A stretch of DNA of 63,761 nucleotides, the filler included, from Octopus bimaculoides (Eukaryota), in NCBI RefSeq assembly GCF_001194135.2. It is 6 parts of 5 records of this genome, joined end to end, with 100 filler letters (N's around TTAATTAATTAA, not from the genome) between each part and the next. Parts side by side here need not be neighbours in the genome. Positions count along the whole stretch, not along the records: positions 59,510 to 63,761 come from NC_068996.1; 5 more parts are not named here. The stretch is one strand, 5' to 3'. Shown one piece after another: positions 63,703-63,761 of this stretch (the first letter of the stretch is position 1; each line of letters starts with the position of its first letter). A program made the position numbers and the translations under genes. The notes beneath the pieces were generated by a model, which made no database searches, was not told the origin of the DNA, and saw only the letters and a program-made list of their open reading frames with translations.

Positions 63703-63761
<59 letters not shown>

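Overview
This is AT-rich, microsatellite-saturated eukaryotic genomic DNA. It is almost certainly a coleoid cephalopod (Octopus-like), inferred from the SINE families and the (TA)n/(GATA)n/(ATT)n density. About 10 kb of the 63.8 kb is N (26 gaps). Five of these gaps are exactly 100 bp and carry a synthetic TTAATTAATTAA marker, so adjacency across them is unproven. I found no intact host gene, tRNA, rRNA or CRISPR array, and nearly all ORF-track entries are microsatellite or N artefacts. Recognisable content is a transposon graveyard: Penelope-like elements (RT and GIY-YIG remnants), an R4/Dong-type LINE, Tx1/L1-type and CR1/L2-type LINE pieces, DD37D (maT), mariner and Tc1 transposase relics, a Tigger/pogo-like MITE, and more than 30 tRNA-derived SINE copies in at least three families. 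The most interesting signal is five minimal type-I hammerhead-ribozyme motifs in three short Penelope/retrozyme-like repeat families. One family has a shared non-canonical core (CUGUUGA-type), one pair lies in a ~175-bp inverted repeat, and one motif is inside a ~500-bp terminally redundant unit. Other leads are a 46-bp-arm hairpin, SINE tail swapping, a CpG-rich promoter-like island at ~27.2-27.6 kb, and weak phase-compatible candidate exons. Most repeat boundaries are approximate (about +/-20 bp); motif coordinates were counted exactly.
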